From Octopus sinensis (lineage: Eukaryota), in assembly GCF_006345805.1 (NCBI RefSeq), contig NC_043011.1:64864464-64928463 (forward strand): 64,000 nt of DNA. The letters are read 5' to 3'. Of the stretch, positions 51,941-64,000 are shown piece after piece (position 1 is the first letter of the stretch; every line of letters starts with the position of its first letter). The notes below the pieces were generated by a model that was given only the letters and a program-made list of their open reading frames with translations, had not been told where the DNA came from and searched no databases. The translations under genes were made by a program, and so were the position numbers.

Positions 51941-52049
51941 ATTGTATATATATATGCATATATATATATACATATATATTTATATGTATTTTTTTTTTTA
52001 TTTATCTAGTTTCAGCTCACAATCTGTGGCCATGCTGGGGCACCCTCAT

Positions 52050-53895
52050 GCGGTGTTGCAACATGATTTTACTTCACAAATGCTTTATAGCTATTGCCAT
52101 TTGGTGCATCTGAGAGTTCGATGCAGCTGCCCTCATCTGCACATCCTGCCTGAAGTTGGTTCATCTGGGATACCTGACAAGAAAGATCCAGTTTCATTTT
52201 AAAAACATCTGCATCCACCCCATGCATGTCCCTGAGATTCTTTGGGAGGATTTTGAAGAGTTGTTGGCTCTCGGAAGTCCAGGCTGTCAGAGTATCTTGT
52301 CCTACATCTTGACGGCAAATGTAGAGACCTTGGCACCACGCAGTGGCGCCCAGTTCTGGCATTTGTGTAACTCTCGATGCCAAAGTTTGGGACAAGTCCT
52401 TCTAGGATCTTCCTGATGTATATTATGGCATATTTTTCTCGCCTACGCTCTAAGGAATAGAGTTTCAATCTCTTGAATCTTTCCCAAAGGATTATATGCT
52501 GCACAGAGGCTATCTTCTTCTTGTAGCTCCTTTGGATCGCCTCAAGTTCTGTGATTAACTTGACACTGGATGGTGACCATAGCTGAGAGCAATAGTCAAA
52601 GTTGCTTAGGACAATTGTCCTTCAGCGGACCATCATGGTTTCCTGGTCTCTTGTTCTAAAGATTCTAAGAATCGATCCGGTCAGCCGCCTACATTTCATT
52701 GCCAATTTAGCAACATGAACATGAAAGGTTGCATCATCACGCATGTAAATACCAAGGTCTCGCACTGATTGTGCCTCTGGGATTGCAGTCCCTCCTGGTC
52801 CAGGGTATTTAGTAGGTATTGCATTTAGTTTTACGTGCTGATAGCATTGAGCTTCAAACCTTTCAGCATTGACCTGCATGCTATTCGTTTCAGTCCACTT
52901 GTATATTATGTGCAGCTCACATTGTGGGTGCTTAGTGTCTTCAGGGTCATGTATTGCCTGTGAAACTTTTGTATCATCTGCATAACTTGTGATCGTGGCT
53001 CTCTGCGTGGCTGAGGGCATGTCTAAGAAGGTCATTATGAACAGTAGTGTTCCCAAAACAGTGCCTTGTGGAACACCGCTCCTTATTTGCGTGTTAGTGG
53101 AAGTGGCCTCATTAGCTACTACCCCCTGAAGTCTATCCTTCAGAAAGTCATGAAGCCAATTTTCCAACTATGCCAAGATCATGCAGTTTGTGACATAGCA
53201 TTCCATGAACCACTTTATCAAAGGCCTTTGCAAAGTCGAGATATATGACTTCCACATTTCAGTGGTTGAGCAGTCGTTTCAGCACCTAGTCAGTGTTGTA
53301 GGAGCTGAGTTAAGCAGCTTCTTCCTGGTCGGAAACCATGTTGGGTGTCAGGCAGCAAGTCATTTTCTTCAAGGAAGATGATTAGTTTCCTGCTGACTAT
53401 TCGTTCGATGACCTTGCTGATGTGTGAGGTCAGAGAGATAGGTCTGTAGTTCTTGGCCTCCACTATGCTACCTCCTTTATGAATAGAGCATATTTTACCT
53501 TCCTTCAGTTTTCTTGGAAATTTGCCAGTTGCAAGGAAGCTCTGAAAGAGAAACTGCAGTGGTCTTGCTAGGACTCTCTTACATACTATTAGAAGGATAG
53601 CTGGGAATCCATCGGGTCCAGTAGCTGAGTTTGTTTTCATTTCATCAATCATTGCTGTCTCCGATTTTATATCTGCAGTGGTAAAGAAGTCAGTTGGATT
53701 GGTGACTTCAAAATGCCCTAGGGGTTGAGGGAAAATACTTTTGAATAGCTCATTTAGTATTTCACTTACCCTCATTGGATTTCCTGTGAGTGTGCCATCC
53801 TTTCCAAGAAGTGGCCCTATCATACAGTGCACCGTAACTGTTTCTTTTGCATACCTGTAGAAAGCTCTGGGGTTAGATTTTATGTTGTCTATATG
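52050..53895 (-). mobile_element. CR1/L2-like LINE fragment, copy 2 (about 600 bp more 3' sequence than copy 1)
   Basis: Same RT motifs (NYRPISLTS, QHGFRPGRSCLTQLL, GVPQGTVLG, YADD), continuing to LKLYSLERRR and FKMKLD. Confidence 0.85.
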
Positions 53896-53910
53896 CATTA
53901 TATATATACA

Positions 53911-53950
<40 letters not shown>

Positions 53951-54295
53951 TATATATATATATATTATATATATAATTATATATATATTATATATATGTA
54001 TGTATAGTAAGGTAGGTACAATAAATTGAGGGTGAATACTTGATAAACGTACGTGCACCTGTATATGCCAGCTAATGGCAGATGTGAGAGGATATGTATC
54101 AAATTAAATAAATAACAGGACACAAAGTGTGTCGCGGTAAACATGTGTACCGCGACATCCTTTGTCCTGTTTTTTATTTAATTTGATACATATATATGTT
54201 ATGTATATATGTATAATATATATATATATATAATATATATATATATTATATATATAAGCATATATATATAATTGCATATATTATGTATGCATATA

Positions 54296-54366
<71 letters not shown>

Positions 54367-56885
54367 ATATATATCATAAATTCCAACTTATTTTTGCAGT
54401 TCATTAACTCTACGTCAAGCTCTCTTCTGTCTGTGAGCTATTCCCCCAGGTTAGACGCAGTGCTCTGACGAAAGATAACTATGTTTGCATTATTGGGCGA
54501 GACCATTTCTCATACTGTATATAATTTCCTGTGGGCATATGGCCTAGGGGTTAGAGCAGCCGATTCGTAGTCGAGGGATCGCGGATTCGAATCTTAGACA
54601 GGGCGACGTGTGTATTTATGAGCGAAGCACCTAAGCTCCATGCACCTCCGGCAGAAGGTAACGGCGAAATTCTTCTGACTCTCTCGCCACAACTTTCTCT
54701 GTCTTTCCTCTTGCAGCTCATCTGCGACAGGAGCCGGTCCGTCGCAGGTGGGGAAACTATACGCCAAGGAAACCGAGAAAGCGATCCTTATGAACCAGGT
54801 AAGGCTCGAGAAGGAACAAACATATAATTTTCTAGAAAATAACAACGATATTAATGAAAAAAGCTCGTCATTTTTAAATGAATTACTGATTAACATATTT
54901 TTTGTCTTGAATTCTTCAGATGACCTGCCAGAACCCAACTCAGCACCATGCATTTTAACATTAAACAGTATCTTATTGGCTGTTCCTGTATGGGCCATAT
55001 TTTAGTGGAATTCGAACATATGCACTGTGCGAGGCTATTAAATATAATAAGCTTGTAACAGGCATTTTTGCTAGTTTTGTATTGTACGTACACAAATCTT
55101 CTGTTTATAAAGTACTTCGAAATTTTATTTTTATAATCATGTCAAGAAATATATCTATTTCGCGTCAATACTAAATCACTTTACATTTATTGTCATTGCA
55201 ATATGATGTTTATTTTCAATCTATTACTGCATTAACTCTACATTATTTACATGGCAAAATTTTGAAATCAATTTCTTTCTGATATATGTTTAATCTCAAA
55301 ATGTTCGAGGACTATTCTGTTATATATTTATTTATTGAATTACATGTTTACCTCAATTTAAACATCATCATCTAAGGCGGCGAGCTGGCAGAAACGTTAC
55401 CACGCCGGGCGCAATGCTTAGCGGTATTTCGTCTGCTGTTAGGTTCTGAGTTCAAATTCCACCGAGTTCGACTTTGCCTTTCATCCCTTCAGGGTCGATA
55501 ACTTAAGTAACAGTTACGCACTGGAATAAAGAAGACATGCACCCAACACCAGAGGTGAAGACACCTCCGAAAGGGGGGAGCGCCACGTCAAAATGGTAGA
55601 GGAGTAGGGGCCGGAACCGGACGTGGTTCCTCCTGATGATGTCTTGAGCTAACTGGAACCTATAAAGGAGTTGTTGGTGGTGCAGACCACGAATCACGTT
55701 GTAACTCCCTCCATCTTCCTGTCCTTGTTTGTCCCCTCTTTATGTTTAGTACCTTGTGGTAGTAAAGAAATAGGTATTTCGTCTGTTTTTACGTTTTGAG
55801 TTCAAATTCCGCCGGGTCGGATTTGCCTTTCATTTTTCAGGGTCTACAATTAAGTACCAGTTCGTTGCGTACTAGGGTCGTTCTAATCGACTGGCCCTCC
55901 CCCAAAATTTCGGGCCTTGTGCCTAGAGTAGAAAATAATTTAAACATTATCTCCTTCGAAATAGTAACCTTCCGCAACTATATAACGGCCCCATTGCTCC
56001 TCCCTCATTTGGTATTCGTCTTGCAAATACAATTCCGAGAACGTTAACAGATTCGCTATATATATGTATATGTATACATTTGGAAAAACGTCAAGGTAGA
56101 AAATGCTAAAGTAATTTTATAAAAAAAGCATTTCAGTACCGGTTTCGGTGATTGAGTCTTCTTCAAATGTAAGTATGGAAAACAATTAAATTTTGAAAAA
56201 ATTAAGTGAAAAGATTTTTTAAATGAATATTTGCAAAGTATTCGAGAACAAGGGGCATTTTCTTTGTTTCTCCCTGCCTCTATTTCTCATGTAAATTCTT
56301 GTGGGTTCAAGGACGTTGTGAATTCTTGGCAGAGAAGAAGAAGAAGAAGGAGGAGTAGAACGAGAAGCAAAAGAATAATGCGGGACAACTATGATAGGTA
56401 TCCTATTACTAACATTGTACTCCCTATTTATTTTCCTCAGAAACAAGGAAAGTTCCCCTTCTTTTTTAATAATATGCAAATATTCTCTTAAAAAAATCTT
56501 TTCGCTTCATTTTTCCGAAAAATAATTTTTTTTACCATACTTACAGTTGAAAACGTCCCAATGACTGAAACCGGTATTGAAATGTTTTTTATAAAATTAT
56601 CTTAGCATTTTCTACCTTGAATTTTTCCATATATTTCAACTCGTATGTTCTTGTTCAACCAAATATATATATAATGTTGATTCGCTAGCCTCTGCACGCA
56701 TTTTTTTCTCCTTGTTTATTTCTGTATTTCTTTTCCGTGTATCTTTCTGTTGAAGAGCGTAGGCTCGAAACGTAAAAGACTTGTTTAATTTATATTCCTG
56801 AGCGCCATACTAATACAATTGTTTGTTTGTATTCCACCTGCCGTCGTCTTTTGTTTATTTTCATAAAGCTTCCCGTTATAATATA

Positions 56886-56931
<46 letters not shown>

Positions 56932-58624
56932 TAAAATAATGGAGTTAACGCAGGTGTAATCAAATACTTTTACTTTCGAACATGTTTCTAAAATTCCACT
57001 ATACTATTCAAAAGAATAAATGGTATAAACAATGCAATCTTCTCCTGAGGAAAGTAAAAAAAACGAAACTCGTCAATAATATATTTTAGCAAAAAATGAT
57101 GGATTCGTATAGCGATAGACAGAACGCTATTAATATTGTTTAAAAAACGTCATATGATATAACGTCATAAGTAGCTAACAGAAACAGTAGGGATATTAAT
57201 AGTGAATGTTAGATATAAAGGAAATTAAAGTTTAAATTATATATAATGATAGAGACTACTTATATGCACTAAATGTATGTTTTTGCTATTGCTTACATCT
57301 GTATGCACGCTCTATAACCGTGTTTACTAGAGTATTTTTAGAAAAAAAATAATGAAAAATAGCTCAGAATTGCAGAGAAGACAGAATTTCTTGCCTTTGC
57401 CATATGGTATCGAAATTGAGAGAATGAACCATTCTAAATGAAATTGTTCATTGTGGTCTTTTAAATCCCAAATCAATTTGCTGAGACCGGTACTATTCCG
57501 TTTATTTCTATCCCTAAATGTTGAGTAATGGATAGAAATTCTTTTAGATAACTCTAACGATGTGCTTCCAATGTAAAATCGTACTTTATTACGAGTACTG
57601 ATTATACACTGGTATATAGAATTTTTAATCTTAGAGTTACTTGACATAAACTTAATTCTGTTGGAATTGACTTCAGATACAATAACCTTGTTATTAATAT
57701 TTCTAGAGGGTTGGATGTATTAGCTAAATTAACGTTAGTATTAGTAATGTATTAATATTTAACAGCTTGTTATTATGAGAAGAGATAATTTGTGTTTGAA
57801 AAACCTATCCTAAACTTATGTGATTGATTATAGAGTAATATTACATGTGTCGAAAGTAAAAATATTTGATTACACCTGCGTTAAATCTATTTTTTTATTC
57901 ATATTATACAAAAATTTCAACGTAAAAACGAAGTTTCTACCTTATAACAAGGAGTTACAACACCTTTACTTGTGAGATTTTACACTGCCCTGGTAACTAT
58001 TTATTTATTTTTTCCGTGTTAATTGTTAACAAGGTAAAAATACACTCATCTATTTCTATATATATATATATCAAAATTGAAAGTGTTGCTTTACAGGGTC
58101 ACTTTCTCTAGCAGAAAAGGGATTTTTATATATGTTATACATTGAAGTACGTAACACATGTTCAGCTTTTGTTGGAAAATATTTATATAATTTTTATTTA
58201 CCCTTATTTACCTTTTAAATTGTTAATTTGCTCATATAATACTAATGGTTTTTCATACTGAAATACGATTCTTTAAAATCCCCTCACAAATAGAATGTTT
58301 GGAAGACGAGAGAGTACATTTTGTATTCTAAATATAACTCAAACAGAAGAAAAAGTAACAAAGGGAGAAAAAGAAGAAAAAGGGAGAGAATGAGAGAAAG
58401 CGAAATCACATTCAGTGATGACAAAACCACACCTATGATTTTTATTTTTATTTTTAAATAGGTGGCCATCTTTAACTACATTCGAATACAATGGTAAAGG
58501 AATCAATAAAAGGTGAATAGGGAGGGAGATATCCCTTCACTCTCACTCTCTCTACCCATCTGTCTATGGACATATATCTATATATGTATATATAATATAT
58601 ATAACATATATACACAAACACAAA

Positions 58625-59175
58625 ATATATATAATCAAAATAAGCAACAAGAATGACTCCGGTAATTTGGTACGATTGCTACGTACTACATCATTTATTA
58701 AATGCTGTATGTATTACAGCAGTTTTAAAATGCTCAGCACTCATCAGCCAATTGTAGAGGTTTTCCATTAATACAAAACTTTTCATATCAAGTGGCAACA
58801 TTTTAGAGAAGGTAGATATATAGACAAATATGTGGATTTAAATTTTAAGAACATTTGAGGTAGTGGAGCCCATCAACTGACTCTTAGTCTATATATAACT
58901 GATTCTTTGTCGATATATCTACCTTCTCTATAATATTGCTACTTGATATGAACATTTTTGTATTAATGGAAAACATCTACAATTGGCTGATGAGTACTCA
59001 GCATTTTAAAACTGTTTTATTACTTAGAACATTTAATAAAATGATGTAGTAAGAAACGATCGTACCAAATTACCGCAGTCATGCTTGTTGCATATTTTGA
59101 TTATAATCACCCCACGGATATTTATGGATAACACCATACAGAATTCTGGTGCATCTAAATTAAGTACCATATTTA
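58625..59175. mobile_element. Foldback Penelope pLTR-derived element with a hammerhead in each arm
   Basis: About 58,630-58,830 is inverted relative to about 58,900-59,105. The + arm at 58,983-59,068 reads UUGG-CUGAUGA-GUACU...AGUAA-GAAA-C-GAUC-GUA/CCAA. Same family as 9,076-10,455. Confidence 0.7.
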
Positions 59176-59203
59176 TTAGAATCTAAATTTTTGCTGAACA
59201 CAC

Positions 59204-59234
<31 letters not shown>

Positions 59235-59293
59235 ATATATATATACATGAATATATATACATGAATATATATACATGAATAATTACATACATA

Positions 59294-59344
<51 letters not shown>

Positions 59345-60392
59345 ATTGGAAATTTACGGAAAATCAAATTTTGGTGTATGAACAACAAGCAGATGTATTA
59401 ACGTGACGCTCGGGAAAGTAAGAAAGTATTTTACGTCTCGAGCCAACGCTTTCAATATGAAGGAACACGAAAAAATAAACAGAGAGTGAATTGAATAGAA
59501 AAATTATCTTGTGGATATAGTAATCGATCATGGCGAGTAGCTGGAAAGAAGTATTTGAAGAGGAGAGCTAGGAATATTCGTAAATACTAAAGTACTGGTG
59601 ATGGTTTGGAGGGAGGTGAATAAACGAGAGTGACTCTGCAAAACGGTATATAAATTCCCTACTGGGAATGATGAAGTTTAAATATCTGCTTATAAACTCT
59701 ATCTTTGGAAGGACTCATATTAAGCTATGCTGGACTTTTGGATTTTACACAAAGGATATTGGAATATTGCATATATACCATTATGCCTATAACACGGATT
59801 TACAAAATCAATACACATAGATATCCTACGTCTCTTTTCTTTCCTCCACCTCACTCTCTATTTGTATCACATTGAAACTAAATATGACTTAATTTTCCTC
59901 TCACACCATCTCCGATGAAGGGATATTATTAATTGATATCCTAGAAACAGATGTAAGACCTTCTATCTATAAATGCTCTAATATTTATACAGTCTTGATT
60001 TGTTATCTTATTACGCAAAAATTATAATATACACACCCTGACCCAGAACCAACTTTAAACGCTTTATTCGCAATATGACCGAATCTGGAACTTAACTATG
60101 CTGTCTATTGCAATTATTCAGCATTACCAGACACCTTTCGGCCTCAATGAAATCATTACATATATATATGTAATGGCGAGCTGGCAGAAACGATAGCACG
60201 CCGGGCGAAATGCGTAGCCCATCTGCCGTTACGTTCTGAGTTCAAATTCCGCCGAGGTTGACTTTGCCTTTCATCCATTCGGGGTCGATAAATTAAGTAC
60301 GCACTGGGGTCGATGGAATCGACTTAATCGCTTTGTCGGTCCTTGTTAGCCCCTTTTGGTTAGTAAATGAATAAATATATATATATATATAT

Positions 60393-60609
60393 ATAGAATG
60401 GTTGTATACTGTCAATTTAATGTTACAGTAGGGATTACACCACCGCTGTTTAGCCCTAGGAAGCATCGACGCTTCCTGATGGCTTCGACACAGAAAATAA
60501 AAAGTGTCGAAGCCACCAGGAAGCGTCGATGCTTCCTAGGGCTAAACAGCGGTGGTGTAATCCCCTACTGTCACGTTCACGTTAGATTGACAGTATAGAA
60601 CCATTCTAT
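60393..60609. mobile_element. MITE-like hairpin element (about 100-bp arms, 12-nt loop) at a (TA)n edge
   Basis: atagaatggttgtatactgtcaat...ggcttcgacac-agaaaataaaaa-gtgtcgaagcc...attgacagtatagaaccattctat, with nested GAAGC-N6-GCTTC hairpins in both arms. Confidence 0.75.
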
Positions 60610-61319
60610 CGCCCCACCACCGTACATATCTCTATGAGAGATTTAGAAATTTAATATTTCTGATATATATATATATATATGTATACTCTTTTACTCTTTT
60701 ACTTGTTTCAATCATTTGACTGCGGCCATGCTGGAGCACCGCATTTAGTCGAGCAAATAGACCCCGGGACTTTTTCTTTGTAAGCCCAGCACTTATTCTA
60801 TCTGTCTCTTATGCCGAACCGCTAAGTGACGGGGACGTATACACACTCGCATCCGTTGTCAAGCAATGCTAGGGGGACAAACACAGACACACAAACACAC
60901 ACACACATACATATATACAGATATACGACAGGCTTCTTTCAGTTTTCGTCTACCAAATCCACTCAGAAAACATTGGTCAGCCCGGGGCTATAGCGGAAGA
61001 CACTTGCCGAAGATGCCACGCAGTGGGACTGAACCCGAAACCATGTGGTTGGCTAGTAAGCTACTTACAACACAGCCACTCCTGCGCCTATATATACATA
61101 TATATCTTTTAAAAATTATAATTTAGATTATCTAAGAGATACCTCCTCGCTGGAAATGGCAGCCAAAACCTGACTGTAAAACCACATTAAATGTTCATGC
61201 AGCACCAGGAGAGAAGAGAAAAGAGCAAAATAAACTAGAAAAAAACAATTACTGGATAATTCTTTGCAGATCACGCATTTCTGGCTTTGCATAAGAAATA
61301 CACACGCACGCACACACAC

Positions 61320-61373
<54 letters not shown>

Positions 61374-62518
61374 ATATATATATATATATATATATATATA
61401 ACAGACGAATACTTACATATACGAATGTATACATAGATATATATGCACGTATGCACACGACCAGTTGAAATTGCCCGCCTATAACTCCTCGTGCAATATG
61501 GCTAAAACATCACCGCAATAAATACAATGACGTAATAAATATTAAATTGTATATAAATAAGTATAATTTCTTTAATTCAAATATCGATCTTATCAAGTGG
61601 GCACCATGGGAATACAAACTTTCAATCTCCATTTATACAATCATAATGAAATGTCGTTCTTTAAACAACGCTCATTTCTTCCTAAATTCAATTTGTTTGT
61701 AGAAAAAGCACATGATTATTTTTCACTCTTTTTTTTGTGGATACGTACAAGCTGTCTCCGGGTTCACCACGCTAATTATTTTGGACAATTCACTTATAAT
61801 CGAAAGATAGTAACAAGAAATAAAAGAAATAGTGAACGTCAACGTACCTTCTGCAACTGCTTAATATGCCTCCGGTGAGCTTATTGAGACATATGTAGTA
61901 CATACGAACTACATAACTTTCATTCACACAATCATAACTGCCTAAGTATGTTTTGCTCTCGTGCAACATAGTGCATTGCAATAGACATCTTAACGGAATT
62001 CTGTGTAATTTAATAATAGGACGAAATGTATTTTACTCGTGAAGAAAATATATTCATCAACTGTAATCTATATTGATGTTATCTGTACAAGCGTTGGCTA
62101 TGCTCGGTACGAAGCCAACAAATTGTACCCTTATGGTCATGGATTTAACTACGCTTTTATAATGATGGTCTTTGGAATTTACGTTGTATTGAGCCTATCT
62201 CTACTTTCACACAATAAAAACACAAATACAAACACATACCCACATATGTATATTTTATTCTTTTTTTATTTCTACTAGTTTCAGTCATTACGCTGCGGCA
62301 ATCCTGGAGCACCGCCTAGAGACGAACAAATCTATCACAACCAGCCGCCATAATTGGACGATAATTCTATAAGATCTTTAATTCACCCTCTGTTTCCTCA
62401 TATTCCCTTCTGCTCAAGAGCGTAGGCTTCAAACGTAAAAAAAAATTCTTTCATTCCCGAGCCTCGAAATAATTCACCTGTCTTCGTCTTATGTTTTTCT
62501 GTAAATTATACACACGCA

Positions 62519-62559
<41 letters not shown>

Positions 62560-62606
62560 ACATATATATATACATACTTATATATACATATATATATATA
62601 TATATA

Positions 62607-62889
62607 ATATTGAGGGTACTACTATTCGTAGATACCAACACGCTAAGAGGGACCAATGCGGTCAAAACTACTAAAAATAAACAAAATTTTACCGAATGCA
62701 AAACTTCAAAACACATCATTTTAAAAAAGGAATTCAGTTACATATCACATGTGATATGTAACTGAATTCTTTTTTAAAATGATGTTTTTGAAGTTTTGCA
62801 TTCGGTAAAATTTTGTTTATTTTAGTAGTTTTGACCGCATTGGTCCCTCTTAGCGTGTTGGTATCTACGAATAGTAGTACCCTCAATAT
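62607..62889. repeat. Near-perfect 283-bp palindrome with no loop, abutting (TA)n
   Basis: atattgagggtactactattcg...catatcaca|tgtgatatg...cgaatagtagtaccctcaatat. Only a few small mismatches or indels; centre at 62,749/62,750. Confidence 0.92.
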
Positions 62890-62999
62890 AATACAAATGA
62901 ATATTTTCAAATAGGAAGAATTTACGGTTTTTTCTCTTACGAGGTTTTTCACGCTGACTACTGATAATTCTTTTAAAGATTTTATCCTCAATTGTTTAA

Positions 63000-63450
<451 letters not shown>

Positions 63451-64000
63451 ATACACAAAAATTAGTCGTTCGAATGTACTTAAATTTGAAAAATTTGTAA
63501 ACGATTTTAAATATATTTATTTACATACTTACCAAACTATTTTCAGAAATATTTGCTTATCAATGTTAAACGTTTAAAATTATGAATTAGAAAGACATGC
63601 GTAAAAGATTTAATGTTTACAAGTATCAATAATATTAAATATGATATAAATATTCACAACGTTCAATGATATAAAAAATGCAGATAATTTTGTTTAACTG
63701 TGCAAAATTCAATAGCTTTAGAAGAGATCTATAAAGAATGTGGATCATCAAAGCTTCGATTACGGTGTTAAGAAGGCGAAAAACAACGAAGAAATGAAGA
63801 TAGAAGGAAAAAGAAACGTTTCATTTAGTTTCTGTGATTCTCTCTATTTTTTGTGTATGTTGGAAACATTTAAATAATGTTTGATATTTAAAAACAAATT
63901 TAGGTGCATTTCCAACATCAGGTTTTCCTATATTTTTTCTCCTCTTTGTTTTATGCACACACACACATACACACACACCACACACACACACACACACACA

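Noticed and set aside
58284-58469. Hydrophobic minus-strand ORF and similar membrane-like ORFs (for example 62,039-62,278, 23,903-24,460, 27,342-27,923)
   Set aside because: Explained by purine/pyrimidine-biased low-complexity or pLTR sequence, with no splice or homology support.
59390-59965. Functional hammerheads at about 59,917 (ccgatgaagggata...tatcctagaaacagatgta), about 32,325 and about 62,410
   Set aside because: Recognisable but with several core or stem mismatches, so treated as decayed pLTR remnants.
63770-63850. Possible exon 1 of a third gene copy (FHLVSVILSIFC|gtatgt)
   Set aside because: No in-frame ATG before the hydrophobic stretch and no nucleotide similarity to 32,020-32,056.

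Overview
AT-rich eukaryotic DNA with many microsatellites and no prokaryotic features. The tRNA-derived SINE families and the Penelope load suggest an octopod cephalopod (inference). The window is dominated by a duplication: about 1-23,190 recurs at about 32,635-57,985. Each copy carries a six-exon gene that the ORF track misses because every coding exon is 100 nt or shorter. Joining the exons at canonical GT-AG sites gives a 150-aa secreted protein: a 16-aa signal peptide (MKRILFILSVICGATA), two tandem 63-aa six-cysteine domains (C-x7-C-x16-C-x8-C-x7-C-x11-C) and a short tail. I cannot assign it to a known family. Domain 1 is identical between copies apart from a probable 1-bp sequencing deletion, while domain 2 plus tail differ by 10 amino acids with all cysteines kept. 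The rest is transposon-derived: Tc1 and mariner remnants, a CR1-like LINE, SINEs, and several Penelope-like elements, one nearly full length. Many Penelope repeats carry recognisable type I hammerhead ribozymes, and several near-perfect palindromes sit in or beside (TA)n tracts. All alignments, counts and folds were done by eye.
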